Source of the DNA: an uncultured Gammaproteobacteria bacterium
GTDB taxonomy: Bacteria > Patescibacteriota > Patescibacteriia > Buchananbacterales > UBA6539
Direction of reading: 5' to 3'
NCBI GenBank assembly: GCA_964535715.1
Contig: CAZHUO010000002.1
Location: forward strand, 16,916-80,915
Length of the DNA stretch: 64,000 bases
A program made the translations under genes and the position numbers. Position 1 is the stretch's first letter. Every line of letters starts with the position of its first letter. Under the pieces are notes generated by a model. That model had not been told where the DNA came from. It was given only the letters and a program-made list of their open reading frames with translations, and did no database searches. This document shows, piece after piece, positions 16,364 through 25,614 of the stretch.

Positions 16364-16786
16364 TTATTTTTTCATAGAATCCCTTACTCTTTTTCTAGCC
16401 ATTACAAGCCAGAACATCTCGCAGGCGCTTATGTTAAGCGCAATGCCGAGAATCATGAGTAATAATCCAAATATTCCCTTTTGGGATGTCAGTAATGGAA
16501 TCGCAACAAGTGCAATTCCTAAACTTATCTGACATGCCCACCAGTACGGGTATTTGCGTGCGATTCTGCGGTGCGTCTTATTGGTAGCATCGCAAAAAAC
16601 CAAGCTTGCATAGGATATGAAGACGCCTAACCAAATGATTAACGTCCATATCATGCAAAGCATAGCCATCTCGGAAATTTTGCTGTAACGATCCGGATAA
16701 AACCTGTAGACCCAGCCAAACAGCACCATTATGCCGAGCAGCGCACAACACAGCTTTCCCATTCCATTCTTGTAATACCTGGTCAC
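16364..16786 (-). CDS. hypothetical polytopic membrane protein (140 aa), GC-richer than its surroundings
   Basis: Four hydrophobic segments. Composition differs from neighbouring genes. Confidence 0.5.
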   Translation of the reverse strand: MTRYYKNGMGKLCCALLGIMVLFGWVYRFYPDRYSKISEMAMLCMIWTLIIWLGVFISYASLVFCDATNKTHRRIARKYPYWWACQISLGIALVAIPLLTSQKGIFGLLLMILGIALNISACEMFWLVMARKRVRDSMKK

Positions 16787-16973
16787 CTTTTTTCTCCTTT
16801 TTTTTCTGTACAGCCCTGTACAATTTCCTTATCCTGATGCCCAAGAATGGAACTTATAACTATATCATATTTTTAATATTTTGTCAATATTTGAGGTAAA
16901 AATTGGTATTTTGACCGATTTTTGATTTAGAGGTAGAATGAAATAGCTTTAATTTGTTAAAATTTAGCGTTTT

Positions 16974-17666
16974 ATGACCAAAAAACACAATTTAAGCCAT
17001 ATTGGTATTATTATGGACGGCAACAGGCGCTGGGCCAAAAATAAGGGCTTACCGACTTTGGAAGGCCACCAAAAAGGCTACCAAAAGATGAAAAAAGTCG
17101 CCAAATGGTGTATTGACCGAGGCGTTAAGATATTAACAGTTTATGCTTTTTCAACGGAAAACTGGCATCGCCAAAAAAACGAAGTTAATTATCTAATGAA
17201 TCTGTTACGTGATGTTTTTAAAAAAGATTTTGACGAGCTTTCCAAACAAGGAATTAAAATCAAAGTCATTGGCCAAAAAGAGCGCCTGGCTTCTGATATT
17301 CAGCAAATAGTTGAAGAAGTTGAATTGAAAACTAAAAATAATAAAAAATTGCTGTTTCAAATCGCTATTTCTTATGGCGGCAGACCCGATATTGTCCAGT
17401 CGGTTAAAAAAATTGTTTCTCAAAATATCCCCGTTGAAAGAATTACCGAAGATCTGATTTCCAAAAACCTTTGGACTGCGGGAGTTTATGATCCCGATTT
17501 GATTGTTCGGACTTCCGGCGAACATCGTCTGTCTAATTTTTTAACTTGGCAGTCTGCCTATTCGGAGCTGATTTTTATTAAAAAACACTGGCCGGAGTTT
17601 TCTGAAAAAGATTTAGACAAGATTATCGCAGAATATAACAAAAGAAGTCGAAGATTCGGCAAATAA
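16974..17666 (+). CDS. uppS: isoprenyl transferase / undecaprenyl-diphosphate synthase
   Basis: HIGIIMDGNRRWA, YAFSTENW, RTSGE.RLSNFL motifs. Confidence 0.9.
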   Translation: MTKKHNLSHIGIIMDGNRRWAKNKGLPTLEGHQKGYQKMKKVAKWCIDRGVKILTVYAFSTENWHRQKNEVNYLMNLLRDVFKKDFDELSKQGIKIKVIGQKERLASDIQQIVEEVELKTKNNKKLLFQIAISYGGRPDIVQSVKKIVSQNIPVERITEDLISKNLWTAGVYDPDLIVRTSGEHRLSNFLTWQSAYSELIFIKKHWPEFSEKDLDKIIAEYNKRSRRFGK

Positions 17667-17669
17667 TAA

Positions 17670-17760
17670 ATATCTAATATCTTAAATCTAACATCTAATA
17701 TCTACAAATTAAAAGATAAAATTCTTCATATTTTTTAGATTTAAGATCTAAGATTTAAGA
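17670..17760. repeat. AT-rich simple-motif inverted repeat (ATCTAA-type)
   Basis: atcttaaatct pairs with agatttaagat across an A/T-rich loop. Confidence 0.4.
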
Positions 17761-17773
17761 TTGAGCGAAGCGA

Positions 17774-19021
17774 ATGGATTTATTCGACGAAAAACTTAAA
17801 AATGACCTAAAAGCCAATGCACCCCTGGCTGACCGAATGCGGCCGGAAACACTGGCTGATTTTGCCGGCCAAAAAGAAGTTGTCGGGGAAGGCAAGCTTT
17901 TGCGCCAGGCGATTGAAAGCGACCAGATACCTTCAATGATTTTTTGGGGCCCGCCGGGAACAGGCAAAAGCACTTTGGCAAGAATTATTGCAAAAATGAC
18001 CAAATCGGTTTTTGTCCAGCTTTCGGCAGTGAGTTCAGGAGTTAAAGAATTTCGGGAAATTATTAAAGTGGCTCAAGATCAGAGGAAATTCAATGGCCAA
18101 AGGACAATCCTTTTTATTGACGAAATCCATCGCTGGAATAAAGCCCAGCAGGATGGCCTTTTGCCGTATGTTGAACAGGGAATAATTACGTTAATTGGCG
18201 CGACAACGGAAAATCCGAGCTTTGAAGTGGTTTCAGCTTTGCTTTCGCGTTGCCGGGTTTTTGTTTTAAACCAGCTAAGCGACCATGATATAGAAAAAAT
18301 AATTGCCCGAGGTTTAAAAATCGGTTTTCCCGGCTTAAAAATCGGTCTGGATGACGAAACCAGCCGTTACTTAGCGGGCTTGTCAAACGGCGATGCTAGA
18401 GTCGCTTTAAATGCTTTGGAATTTGCCGTTAATTCAACCAGGCCTAATTCAGTCGGCAAAATTATTTTAAATAAAGATACAATTAAAGAATCGCTGCAAA
18501 AGTCAAGCTTTTTGTATGATAAAGGCGGGGATCAACATTATAATATCATTTCCGCCCTGCATAAATCAGTTCGCGGAGGCAATGCCGATGCCGCTTTATA
18601 TTGGCTTGGCCGTATGCTTGAAGCGGGCGAGGATCCGCTTTATATTGCCAGGCGCTTGGTTCGAATGTCTGTTGAAGATATTGGTTTGGCTAATTCCCAG
18701 GCTCTTGAACAAGCTGTCGCCTGTTACCAAGGCTGCCATTTTTTGGGAATGCCTGAATGTAATATAATTTTAGCGCAATGCGTGGTTTACTTGGCAAAAT
18801 CAAAAAAATCGGTTGAAATTTACCAAGCTTATGGTAAGGTTAAGGAAGATGTTAAAGCCACAATGGATGAACCGGTACCGCTTCATTTGCGCAATGCACC
18901 AACCAAGCTGATGAAAGACTTAAATTATGGCAAAGATTACAAGTATTCTCCGGATTATGATTGGCAGGAAGACCAGGAGTATTTACCCGCCAAAATTAAA
19001 GGTAATAGATATCTAAAATAG
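17774..19021 (+). CDS. rarA: replication-associated recombination protein A (AAA+ ATPase RarA/MgsA)
   Basis: [13 protein letters not shown] Walker [10 protein letters not shown] Walker B, and a C-terminal MgsA region. Confidence 0.9.
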   Translation: MDLFDEKLKNDLKANAPLADRMRPETLADFAGQKEVVGEGKLLRQAIESDQIPSMIFWGPPGTGKSTLARIIAKMTKSVFVQLSAVSSGVKEFREIIKVAQDQRKFNGQRTILFIDEIHRWNKAQQDGLLPYVEQGIITLIGATTENPSFEVVSALLSRCRVFVLNQLSDHDIEKIIARGLKIGFPGLKIGLDDETSRYLAGLSNGDARVALNALEFAVNSTRPNSVGKIILNKDTIKESLQKSSFLYDKGGDQHYNIISALHKSVRGGNADAALYWLGRMLEAGEDPLYIARRLVRMSVEDIGLANSQALEQAVACYQGCHFLGMPECNIILAQCVVYLAKSKKSVEIYQAYGKVKEDVKATMDEPVPLHLRNAPTKLMKDLNYGKDYKYSPDYDWQEDQEYLPAKIKGNRYLK

Positions 19022-19109
19022 CTTATATCTGGCATGAAATATTGTAAATTAATCCCTTATGACTTTATAATGACGGCGGGTTTGCCGGAAAAGTTGAAGG
19101 GGAGAAAGT

Positions 19110-19262
19110 ATCTTAAGTAAGCACCAAATTCCAAATTACAAATAATAAACAAATCTCAAATTATAAATTCAAAATTCCAACGGGTAAGCTTAAGGGTTTG
19201 TGATTTGTGATTTTAAACATTGTAATTTGTTTGAAATTTGAGATTTGGAATTTGTAATTTAT
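19110..19262. repeat. AT-rich simple-motif inverted repeat (AAATTCCAAAT / CAAATCTCAAATT type)
   Basis: caaatctcaaatt at about 19150 pairs with aatttgagatttg at about 19237. It overlaps the ORF-track N-terminal extension of the NUDIX gene. Confidence 0.4.
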
Positions 19263-19268
19263 TATTCT

Positions 19269-19715
19269 ATGCTTCGCCAAAAAACAATCGGCATAATCAC
19301 TTTTAAGTTCGAAGGGCGGGGAATCCGCTATCTGCTTTTGCATCACGGCGGAGAATATTGGAATTTTTCCAAAGGCAGGCAGGAAGGGCTTGAAACCGAG
19401 ATAGATTCGGCTTTGCGCGAGCTCAAAGAAGAAACCGGAATTGAAAAAATTAATATTATTGAAGGCTTTAAGGATGAATATGACTATGATTTTGATACTC
19501 AAATTAAGGATGGATTAAGAAAAAAGGTCTGCAAAAAAGCGATATTTTTTTTAGGAGAAGTAATGCAGGATAAAGTAAAAATTTCCGATGAACATATTGA
19601 TTTTGGCTGGTTTGATTTTGAAACTGCTTTAGAAAGGCTATTTTATCAGGAAGGCCGTGATTCTTTGAAAAAAGCTCATCAGTTTATTTTAAAACGGCAG
19701 GATTTTGTGCTATAA
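19269..19715 (+). CDS. NUDIX hydrolase
   Basis: Nudix box GRQEGLETEIDSALRELKEETGI. Start moved to ATG 19269 so it does not cover the repeat. Confidence 0.75.
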   Translation: MLRQKTIGIITFKFEGRGIRYLLLHHGGEYWNFSKGRQEGLETEIDSALRELKEETGIEKINIIEGFKDEYDYDFDTQIKDGLRKKVCKKAIFFLGEVMQDKVKISDEHIDFGWFDFETALERLFYQEGRDSLKKAHQFILKRQDFVL

Positions 19716-19794
19716 TTACGAGCGAGGGACAAATGAAAATTTATTTTCATTTGGAACGAGTGAAGTAATTTCATGGCTGCCGAAGGCAGACATG

Positions 19795-19880
19795 TAATAA
19801 CTACGAATACGAATTCTTACGAATATACGAATCACCATTCTAAGCTATTTGTATATTCGTATTTATTCGTATTTCGTAGA
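19795..19880. repeat. AT-rich simple-motif inverted repeat (TACGAATA-type)
   Basis: tacgaatacgaat pairs with attcgtatttattcgtatttcgta. It overlaps the ORF-track N-terminal extension of pilT. Confidence 0.4.
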
Positions 19881-20927
19881 ATGATGGATATAAATAAATA
19901 TTTTGATTTAGCAATAAAGAAAGGCGCTTCCGATCTTCATTTGGTTGCCGGCTGTAAATCGACTTTGAGAGTTGAGGGGAATTTACAGGTTATTGATGAT
20001 GGAATTTTAGACCAAAAAGAATTAGAAACAGCGGTTTTTTCTTTAATGAAAGAAGAAGATATTGATTTTTTTAAAAAAAACAAAGAGCTTGATTTTGCCC
20101 TGGATATTTCCGGCGGTAATTTTAGAGTTAATCTGCATCAACAGGAAGGTAAAATCGGAATTGCAGCCAGAGTCATTCCTGACAGAATTCCCGAACCTCA
20201 GGATATTATGTTTAGCGAAACAATGTATAATTTAAGCCATTTAAATCACGGCTTAATCCTGATTACCGGACCGTCAGGTTGCGGCAAATCAACGACGCTT
20301 GCAGTTCTGATAAATTTAATAAATAAAGAGCGTCGGGCGCACATCATTACGATTGAAGATCCAGTAGAGTTTATTTTTAATGAAAATCAAAGCATTATTG
20401 AGCAAAGAGAAATCGGCCGTGATACCAAATCCTTTAGCGAAGCTTTAAAAAGAGCATTGCGCCAAGACCCCAATGTCATAATGGTTGGCGAAATGCGCGA
20501 TTTGGAAACAATCTCAGCGACTTTGACTGCCGCTGAAACCGGCCATTTGGTTCTTTCCACTTTGCATACAAGCACAGCTAATGAGACCATTGAAAGGATT
20601 GTCGATATTTTTCCGGCTCACCGGCAAAAGCAGATTTTGCTTCAGCTGGGATCAACTTTGCGGGCAGTAGTCTGCCAGCAGATTTTACCCAAGAAAGGCG
20701 GCGGTTTGATTGTTGCCAGAGAAATAATGATAAATACTCCGGCTATTTCCAGCTTGATTCGGGAAGGAAAAATTGCCCATATCAACTCGGCAATTCAGAC
20801 CGGAAAAAGCGAAGGCATGATTACAATGGATACATCATTGAAAAGTTTGTATAAAGAAGGGTTGATTGAAAAGCAGGTTTATTTAAACAGGACCAGTAAA
20901 AGTGATACTTTAAATACTTATTATTAA
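19881..20927 (+). CDS. pilT: type IV pilus retraction ATPase PilT (PilT/PilU family)
   Basis: LITGPSGCGKSTT Walker A, IMVGEMRDLETI, about 349 aa from the internal ATG. Confidence 0.85.
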   Translation: MMDINKYFDLAIKKGASDLHLVAGCKSTLRVEGNLQVIDDGILDQKELETAVFSLMKEEDIDFFKKNKELDFALDISGGNFRVNLHQQEGKIGIAARVIPDRIPEPQDIMFSETMYNLSHLNHGLILITGPSGCGKSTTLAVLINLINKERRAHIITIEDPVEFIFNENQSIIEQREIGRDTKSFSEALKRALRQDPNVIMVGEMRDLETISATLTAAETGHLVLSTLHTSTANETIERIVDIFPAHRQKQILLQLGSTLRAVVCQQILPKKGGGLIVAREIMINTPAISSLIREGKIAHINSAIQTGKSEGMITMDTSLKSLYKEGLIEKQVYLNRTSKSDTLNTYY

Positions 20928-20937
20928 TTTAAAGGCT

Positions 20938-21276
20938 ATGACCGATGAAAAATGGAATGATATAATTTCTAAAATAAAAGACAATTTTGAGTTGATAAGC
21001 CATAAAAATGAAGATCTTGATGAGGAAATTGGTCCGGGAACGATAGAAATTGTTGAATTTATCGGCCCTTTGGGCAAAATGAAGCTTGAACGCACAACCA
21101 AACCTCTGATGATTGATAAAAAAACAATCGGTTCAAAGCGGATTGGAAGCAATACTACGGTTGAATATCTTTATTCAGACACTGAAAAGGTTCATAAATT
21201 TAAAGCATATCGGTACAATGATAAAGATGAAATCTGGAATGAAATGGAAATGCAGAAAAGCGGAATGTTTTTTTAA
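20938..21276 (+). CDS. hypothetical protein (112 aa)
   Basis: ORF in an operon position after pilT. No domain recognised. Confidence 0.5.
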   Translation: MTDEKWNDIISKIKDNFELISHKNEDLDEEIGPGTIEIVEFIGPLGKMKLERTTKPLMIDKKTIGSKRIGSNTTVEYLYSDTEKVHKFKAYRYNDKDEIWNEMEMQKSGMFF

Positions 21277-21318
21277 TCGTTAAGAGTTAATTTTATTTTA
21301 TTTATTCTAATTTAATTT

Positions 21319-21699
21319 ATGAAAAAAAATATAAAAATCTTAGTTTTTCTTTCTTTAATAGTAATCTTATCTGCCTGTACATTGAAAAAAAATGAAGTTA
21401 ATGATCCGGCCGTGAAAAGCGATGCTGAAAAAAAAGAAAATATAATAAAAGTTGAAAAAGAATATAAGTCGGCGCTTGTTGAGATTCTAAAGCCTTACTG
21501 GGAAAGCCAGCAAATTGCCGGGATTAAAGATAAAATTTTGGAATTGCGGGCTCCGGCGGAGGATTTTAATTTGCATTTTAACCTGGTGGTCGCTTTTGAG
21601 CTTTTGGAACAGGGCCAGGCTGAATCCGATCAGTCTAAGATTGAAGAGGGAATGGAAAAAATCAAAAAACTTCAAGAAGAATATTCATGGATTAAATAA
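21319..21699 (+). CDS. hypothetical lipoprotein
   Basis: Signal peptide with lipobox LSAC. Confidence 0.55.
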   Translation: MKKNIKILVFLSLIVILSACTLKKNEVNDPAVKSDAEKKENIIKVEKEYKSALVEILKPYWESQQIAGIKDKILELRAPAEDFNLHFNLVVAFELLEQGQAESDQSKIEEGMEKIKKLQEEYSWIK

Positions 21700-21704
21700 A
21701 GCAT

Positions 21705-22202
21705 ATGCATACAAAATTAAACAAATGCCAAAAAGGCGTCACTTTAATAGAGTTAATGGTAAGTGTCTTGATTATCATATTGCTTGCAACCATTGGTATG
21801 ATTGCCATAAAGAATTCCCGGGCAAAGGCCAGAGACGCCAAAAGAGTTTATGATTTGCAGCAATACGCAAAAGCAATAAGGCTTTATGCCCAGTCAAGCC
21901 CCTCCGGCACCTATCCGCCAACCGCCGGTTTTCTGGGTAAAAATCATTTATCAGAAGATATTAATGACCAGCTGAAGCTATATATTCCGGATTTGCCAAG
22001 CGATCCGCTGGATTTAGGAGGAGATGTTGGAAATTATTTTTATTATTACATACCTGATAACAGCTGCTATGGCGGTGTTTATCCAACAGTGCATGTTTTA
22101 AACATAGAAACTTCAAATCCTGAATATAAAAAAAATGATTGTACTGACGGAAGTTCTGACAGGGGAGCGAATGCTGCAGACTATCTAATTATTATTCGCT
22201 AA
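21705..22202 (+). CDS. prepilin-type N-terminal cleavage/methylation domain protein (type IV pilin / pseudopilin)
   Basis: KGVTLIELMVSVLIIILLATIG class III signal. Confidence 0.8.
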   Translation: MHTKLNKCQKGVTLIELMVSVLIIILLATIGMIAIKNSRAKARDAKRVYDLQQYAKAIRLYAQSSPSGTYPPTAGFLGKNHLSEDINDQLKLYIPDLPSDPLDLGGDVGNYFYYYIPDNSCYGGVYPTVHVLNIETSNPEYKKNDCTDGSSDRGANAADYLIIIR

Positions 22203-22204
22203 AT

Positions 22205-23008
22205 ATGGAAAAAATCAAAAGGCTTAAAGAAAAATTAAGTAATAAAATTGCAAGAAAAAAGAGCATTAAAACTGGCAAAAATGTGAAATCAAGCTGTTTG
22301 ATGTTTGCGATTATTTTTTTAATGGTTTTTATTTTTATTTTTGTCTTATTGGTTGTTAAAACCGGCGCCGCAAGAGTGCCTATTTTATCGAAGGCTTTTT
22401 ACCAAAAACCTCAGCCAACAAGAGTCATCAGCATAGAGCCGGGCTATAAGGAGGAAGGTGGCGTTTTTTCGGACAAGACCACATTTATTTTAAAAATACC
22501 CGAGAAGAGCTTAACATTTACTTTGAGAGAAGAATTTATTAATAAAAGTCCGAACGCTTTTTTCAGGCCCGATATACAGATAGTTATTACTCCGAATGAA
22601 TTGGAATTTTATTCTTCACTTGTTAAGCCTTCCGATATGGCAATTATTTTTGGCATTAAGCCGGAAATTTCCAATGAAAAAATAGATTTCAAAATTACAA
22701 AGTTAAGAATCGGAAGTTTAAATATCCATCCCAATATTGCGGATTTTGTTATCCGCAAAATTATTGGGCGCAAAGTTACGCCAAATCTTCAAAAAAATAT
22801 AATGGAAAAATTAAACATGCTGGCCGATATAAATAGTTTTGAAATGTCTGAAGGAATGATAAATTTTTCTTTGGTGATGAAAATCAAACCCAACACAGAT
22901 GGTTCTGACTTAACGGAAGAACAGCTAAAATCGCTGGAAAATATCGATCTGACCGAAGAAAAAATAAACATTTTGAAAGAACAGCTCAAATCTAAAAATT
23001 TGCAATGA
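22205..23008 (+). CDS. hypothetical single-pass membrane protein (pilus-associated by context)
   Basis: Basic N-terminus and one TM. Adjacent and nearly overlapping the pilin gene. Confidence 0.5.
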   Translation: MEKIKRLKEKLSNKIARKKSIKTGKNVKSSCLMFAIIFLMVFIFIFVLLVVKTGAARVPILSKAFYQKPQPTRVISIEPGYKEEGGVFSDKTTFILKIPEKSLTFTLREEFINKSPNAFFRPDIQIVITPNELEFYSSLVKPSDMAIIFGIKPEISNEKIDFKITKLRIGSLNIHPNIADFVIRKIIGRKVTPNLQKNIMEKLNMLADINSFEMSEGMINFSLVMKIKPNTDGSDLTEEQLKSLENIDLTEEKINILKEQLKSKNLQ

Positions 23009-23772
23009 AATTACTTAATAAAATAATCCCGTTTTTGACCTCTTTTTCAATTATCGTTTTGCTTGAAATTCTGATAAAATATCCAAAAAGCATTTATTTG
23101 GTTGTAATTATTTCCTCATTATTAATTGTTTTCAGCGTTTATCAGATTACCGGCAGGATTTTATTTAAAAACGGCAATTTTTTAAATTTAGTCACAACCC
23201 CGTTATTTTTATTTGCCGGCAGTTTTATATTCATGATTTTTTTGGAAAATGTAATAGCCAGGCAATTTGTCATTATTTTGCTTTCGGTATTGATATTTGC
23301 GGTTTTACAGTCAACTACATTGAAGTTTAATTTTAGGCCGAAATATCAGCCCCACTCACTGGAAAACATCATTGACCATGCCAATTTGCTTAGCCTGTTT
23401 TTGATTTCTTGCAGCCTTTTCAGCCTGTCGATTTTCTTGGCGGTTCCCTTGTATATTTTGATAATTTCTTTTGTCGTTTTTATTATTTTAATCGCTTCTC
23501 AGCTTTTGTGGTTTAGTGAAACTTCGATCAGATCCAGCTGGCCGTATTTATTTGTAATAATAATTTTGATGCTTGAAACTTTTATTGTTGTCAGTTTTCT
23601 GCCGACCAGTATTTATGTCAACGGTATGATTTTGACTTTGTCTTATTATCTGCTCGGCGGGATATTAAAAAATTGGCTTTTAGGGATACGAGAAAACAAG
23701 GTAATTAAGCGCTATTTATTTGCAAGCGCAATAAGCTTAATAATAATTTTAGCCACCGCCAAGTGGTTTTAA
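23005..23772 (+). CDS. hypothetical polytopic membrane protein
   Basis: At least 7 hydrophobic segments. Overlaps the upstream gene by 4 nt. Confidence 0.5.
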   Translation: MKLLNKIIPFLTSFSIIVLLEILIKYPKSIYLVVIISSLLIVFSVYQITGRILFKNGNFLNLVTTPLFLFAGSFIFMIFLENVIARQFVIILLSVLIFAVLQSTTLKFNFRPKYQPHSLENIIDHANLLSLFLISCSLFSLSIFLAVPLYILIISFVVFIILIASQLLWFSETSIRSSWPYLFVIIILMLETFIVVSFLPTSIYVNGMILTLSYYLLGGILKNWLLGIRENKVIKRYLFASAISLIIILATAKWF

Positions 23773-23776
23773 AAAT

Positions 23777-24955
23777 ATGAATTTGTTTAAAATAAAAAAT
23801 GACCAGAAATTTATTTCTCAAGTTGTTGTCTTATCGATAATTTTCGGCTTTGCCGCCGGAGTGGTGGGGCAAATAGTATCAAACGTCTATTTTGATCCGT
23901 GGCAAAATAATTATATTTATCAAGACACATTGGCGTCTAATGCCAACCCGCTGAACAATGTCGAGCAGATCCCGGAGCTTAGGAGGATAGAGAGGTTTTT
24001 GGGCATTCAGCAGGATTTTGAAGTTAATAATTCAATCCAAAAAGCAAAACCGACAATGGTTGGAATTTATTTTAAAAAATCGCAGGCAACAAAGCCGATT
24101 GACCAGCTTTATTTGTCATCAGGCCTTAAAGCCAATGGCTTTATCTTAACAAATGACGGCTGGGTTATAACCTATGGCGATGTTTTCAAAAATGCAAAAA
24201 ATGAAGATTTTGTCGTAGCTTACGGTGAAAAAATATTTTCGGTTGAAAATATTGTCATTGATTCTGTTACCGGCGTTGTTTTCGTAAAAATTTCGGCCAC
24301 CAATCTGCCGGTGGTAATTTTAGGGGATTCAAAAGACATGACAAACGGCCAGCTTGGCATTGCTTTGAATTTTTTAGATGAAGTTTCTGTCACTAGTATT
24401 AAAAGCGTCAATTATTGGCCGGTATATTCCAAAGATGATTATATTTTATCATCGGAAGCATATAATAAATTATTTTTACTGGCAGATAATCTAGACGGCA
24501 ATTATGTCGGCGGTCCGTTAATTAATTTAGGCGGGGAATTAATAGGCATTATTAAGGAATTTGATTCTAAAAAAGGAGTTTCTACCGTTTTGCCGATAAA
24601 TCAATTTCGTTCGATAATTTTAGATGTGTTGAAAGATAATAAAATTACGAGACCTTATCTTGGGATTAAATATATTGATTTGTCACAATCTGTCGGCTTA
24701 AGCAACGAGTTAAGCCAAAATTTAAATAAGGGAGCGTTGGTTTATCAAAAGCCCGATTTAAATTCACCGGCAGCGGAAATTGGCATTGAACAGTATGACA
24801 TAATAGTTAGCGTTTATGGACAGCAGGTAAGCGAGGAAAATAATTTGGCTGAATTGCTTCAGCAGTATAAAGCTGGCGATAAAATCGAGCTGGAAATACT
24901 TCGCGGCAAAGAAACTATGGTTAAAAGTTTAGCTTTAAGCGCTTTGTCTGATTAG
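23777..24955 (+). CDS. HtrA/DegP-like trypsin-fold protein with C-terminal PDZ domain; catalytic triad apparently substituted
   Basis: N-terminal TM, trypsin-like core (GNYVGGPL in place of GNSGGPL) and a PDZ domain (RPYLGIKY...GDKIELEILRG). Confidence 0.7.
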   Translation: MNLFKIKNDQKFISQVVVLSIIFGFAAGVVGQIVSNVYFDPWQNNYIYQDTLASNANPLNNVEQIPELRRIERFLGIQQDFEVNNSIQKAKPTMVGIYFKKSQATKPIDQLYLSSGLKANGFILTNDGWVITYGDVFKNAKNEDFVVAYGEKIFSVENIVIDSVTGVVFVKISATNLPVVILGDSKDMTNGQLGIALNFLDEVSVTSIKSVNYWPVYSKDDYILSSEAYNKLFLLADNLDGNYVGGPLINLGGELIGIIKEFDSKKGVSTVLPINQFRSIILDVLKDNKITRPYLGIKYIDLSQSVGLSNELSQNLNKGALVYQKPDLNSPAAEIGIEQYDIIVSVYGQQVSEENNLAELLQQYKAGDKIELEILRGKETMVKSLALSALSD

Positions 24956-24975
24956 TTAAATAATTAATTAAAAGA

Positions 24976-25002
24976 CGCGGAAATTATTCCGCGCTTTTGT
25001 TT
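24976..25002 (+). terminator. intrinsic terminator
   Basis: CGCGGAA-atta-TTCCGCG followed by CTTTTGTTT. Confidence 0.6.
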
Positions 25003-25025
25003 ATATAAGTTTTTTTTGTTGATAA

Positions 25026-25307
25026 TTAATTTTTGTTTTTTTCCGCAAGCAGCGGGTTAGGGGAATAAAGCTTATTTTTTATTTTCCACTTATCCACATA
25101 CTGGCCAATTCCGCTATTTGCCAATTTATTTTTTGCGGCGGTCTTTTTTTGTGACCACTCCAGAAGGCTAGAAAAATTGATTTTGTATCTCCCTTGAACT
25201 ACGATGTATTTTACTTCTTCGGATTTGATTATTCGTCTTATTGTTTTTTGATCAACTCCAAAAAGCCTTGAAGCTTCTGAAACCGATACTCTTATAACGT
25301 TTGGCAT
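25026..25307 (-). CDS. small helix-turn-helix DNA-binding protein (excisionase/MerR-like HTH_17)
   Basis: VSVSEASRLFGVDQKTIRRIIK HTH. Confidence 0.6.
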   Translation of the reverse strand: MPNVIRVSVSEASRLFGVDQKTIRRIIKSEEVKYIVVQGRYKINFSSLLEWSQKKTAAKNKLANSGIGQYVDKWKIKNKLYSPNPLLAEKNKN

Positions 25308-25360
25308 AATTATATGTTAATTTTTTTAAATATGAAGGTGGTAGATATATAAATTTGGTA

Positions 25361-25384
25361 TTTTGTCTAGAATAGTCTGGACAA
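25361..25384. promoter_or_regulatory. imperfect 22-bp palindrome upstream of the HTH gene; operator candidate
   Basis: TTGTCTAGAATAGTCTGGACAA has 9 of 11 symmetric pairs. Confidence 0.3.
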
Positions 25385-25530
25385 AATTTATCATTTTAAT
25401 AATATAACATTATAAATAGATTGTCAACATTTAATTTGTTTAATATTTAACTTTATTACTTTATTTACAATATTACTATAATATTTATCGCTATAATGCC
25501 CATTATTCACATATTATTAACTTATTTCTC

Positions 25531-25559
25531 TTGACTTAAAAATGGAAAATCGTTATATT
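25531..25559 (+). promoter_or_regulatory. sigma70-like promoter for the ECF sigma operon
   Basis: TTGACT, a 17-nt spacer, then TATATT. Confidence 0.5.
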
Positions 25560-25614
25560 AGAATCTATTGTTGTAACAATTATTAACTTTTTGCGTCATA
25601 ATTATTGTAACCTA

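Noticed and set aside
16578-16844. 88-aa ORF overlapping the 16364-16786 membrane protein gene in another frame
   Set aside because: It is an overlapping alternative frame in a GC-richer gene. The longer hydrophobic ORF is preferred.
19245-19880. ORF-track N-terminal extensions of the NUDIX (19245) and pilT (19773) genes
   Set aside because: The extensions translate low-complexity inverted-repeat DNA. Internal ATGs at 19269 and 19881 give proteins of canonical length.
21515-21853. 112-aa ORF overlapping the lipoprotein and pilin genes in another frame
   Set aside because: It overlaps two supported genes and has a Lys/Arg-rich, low-complexity translation.
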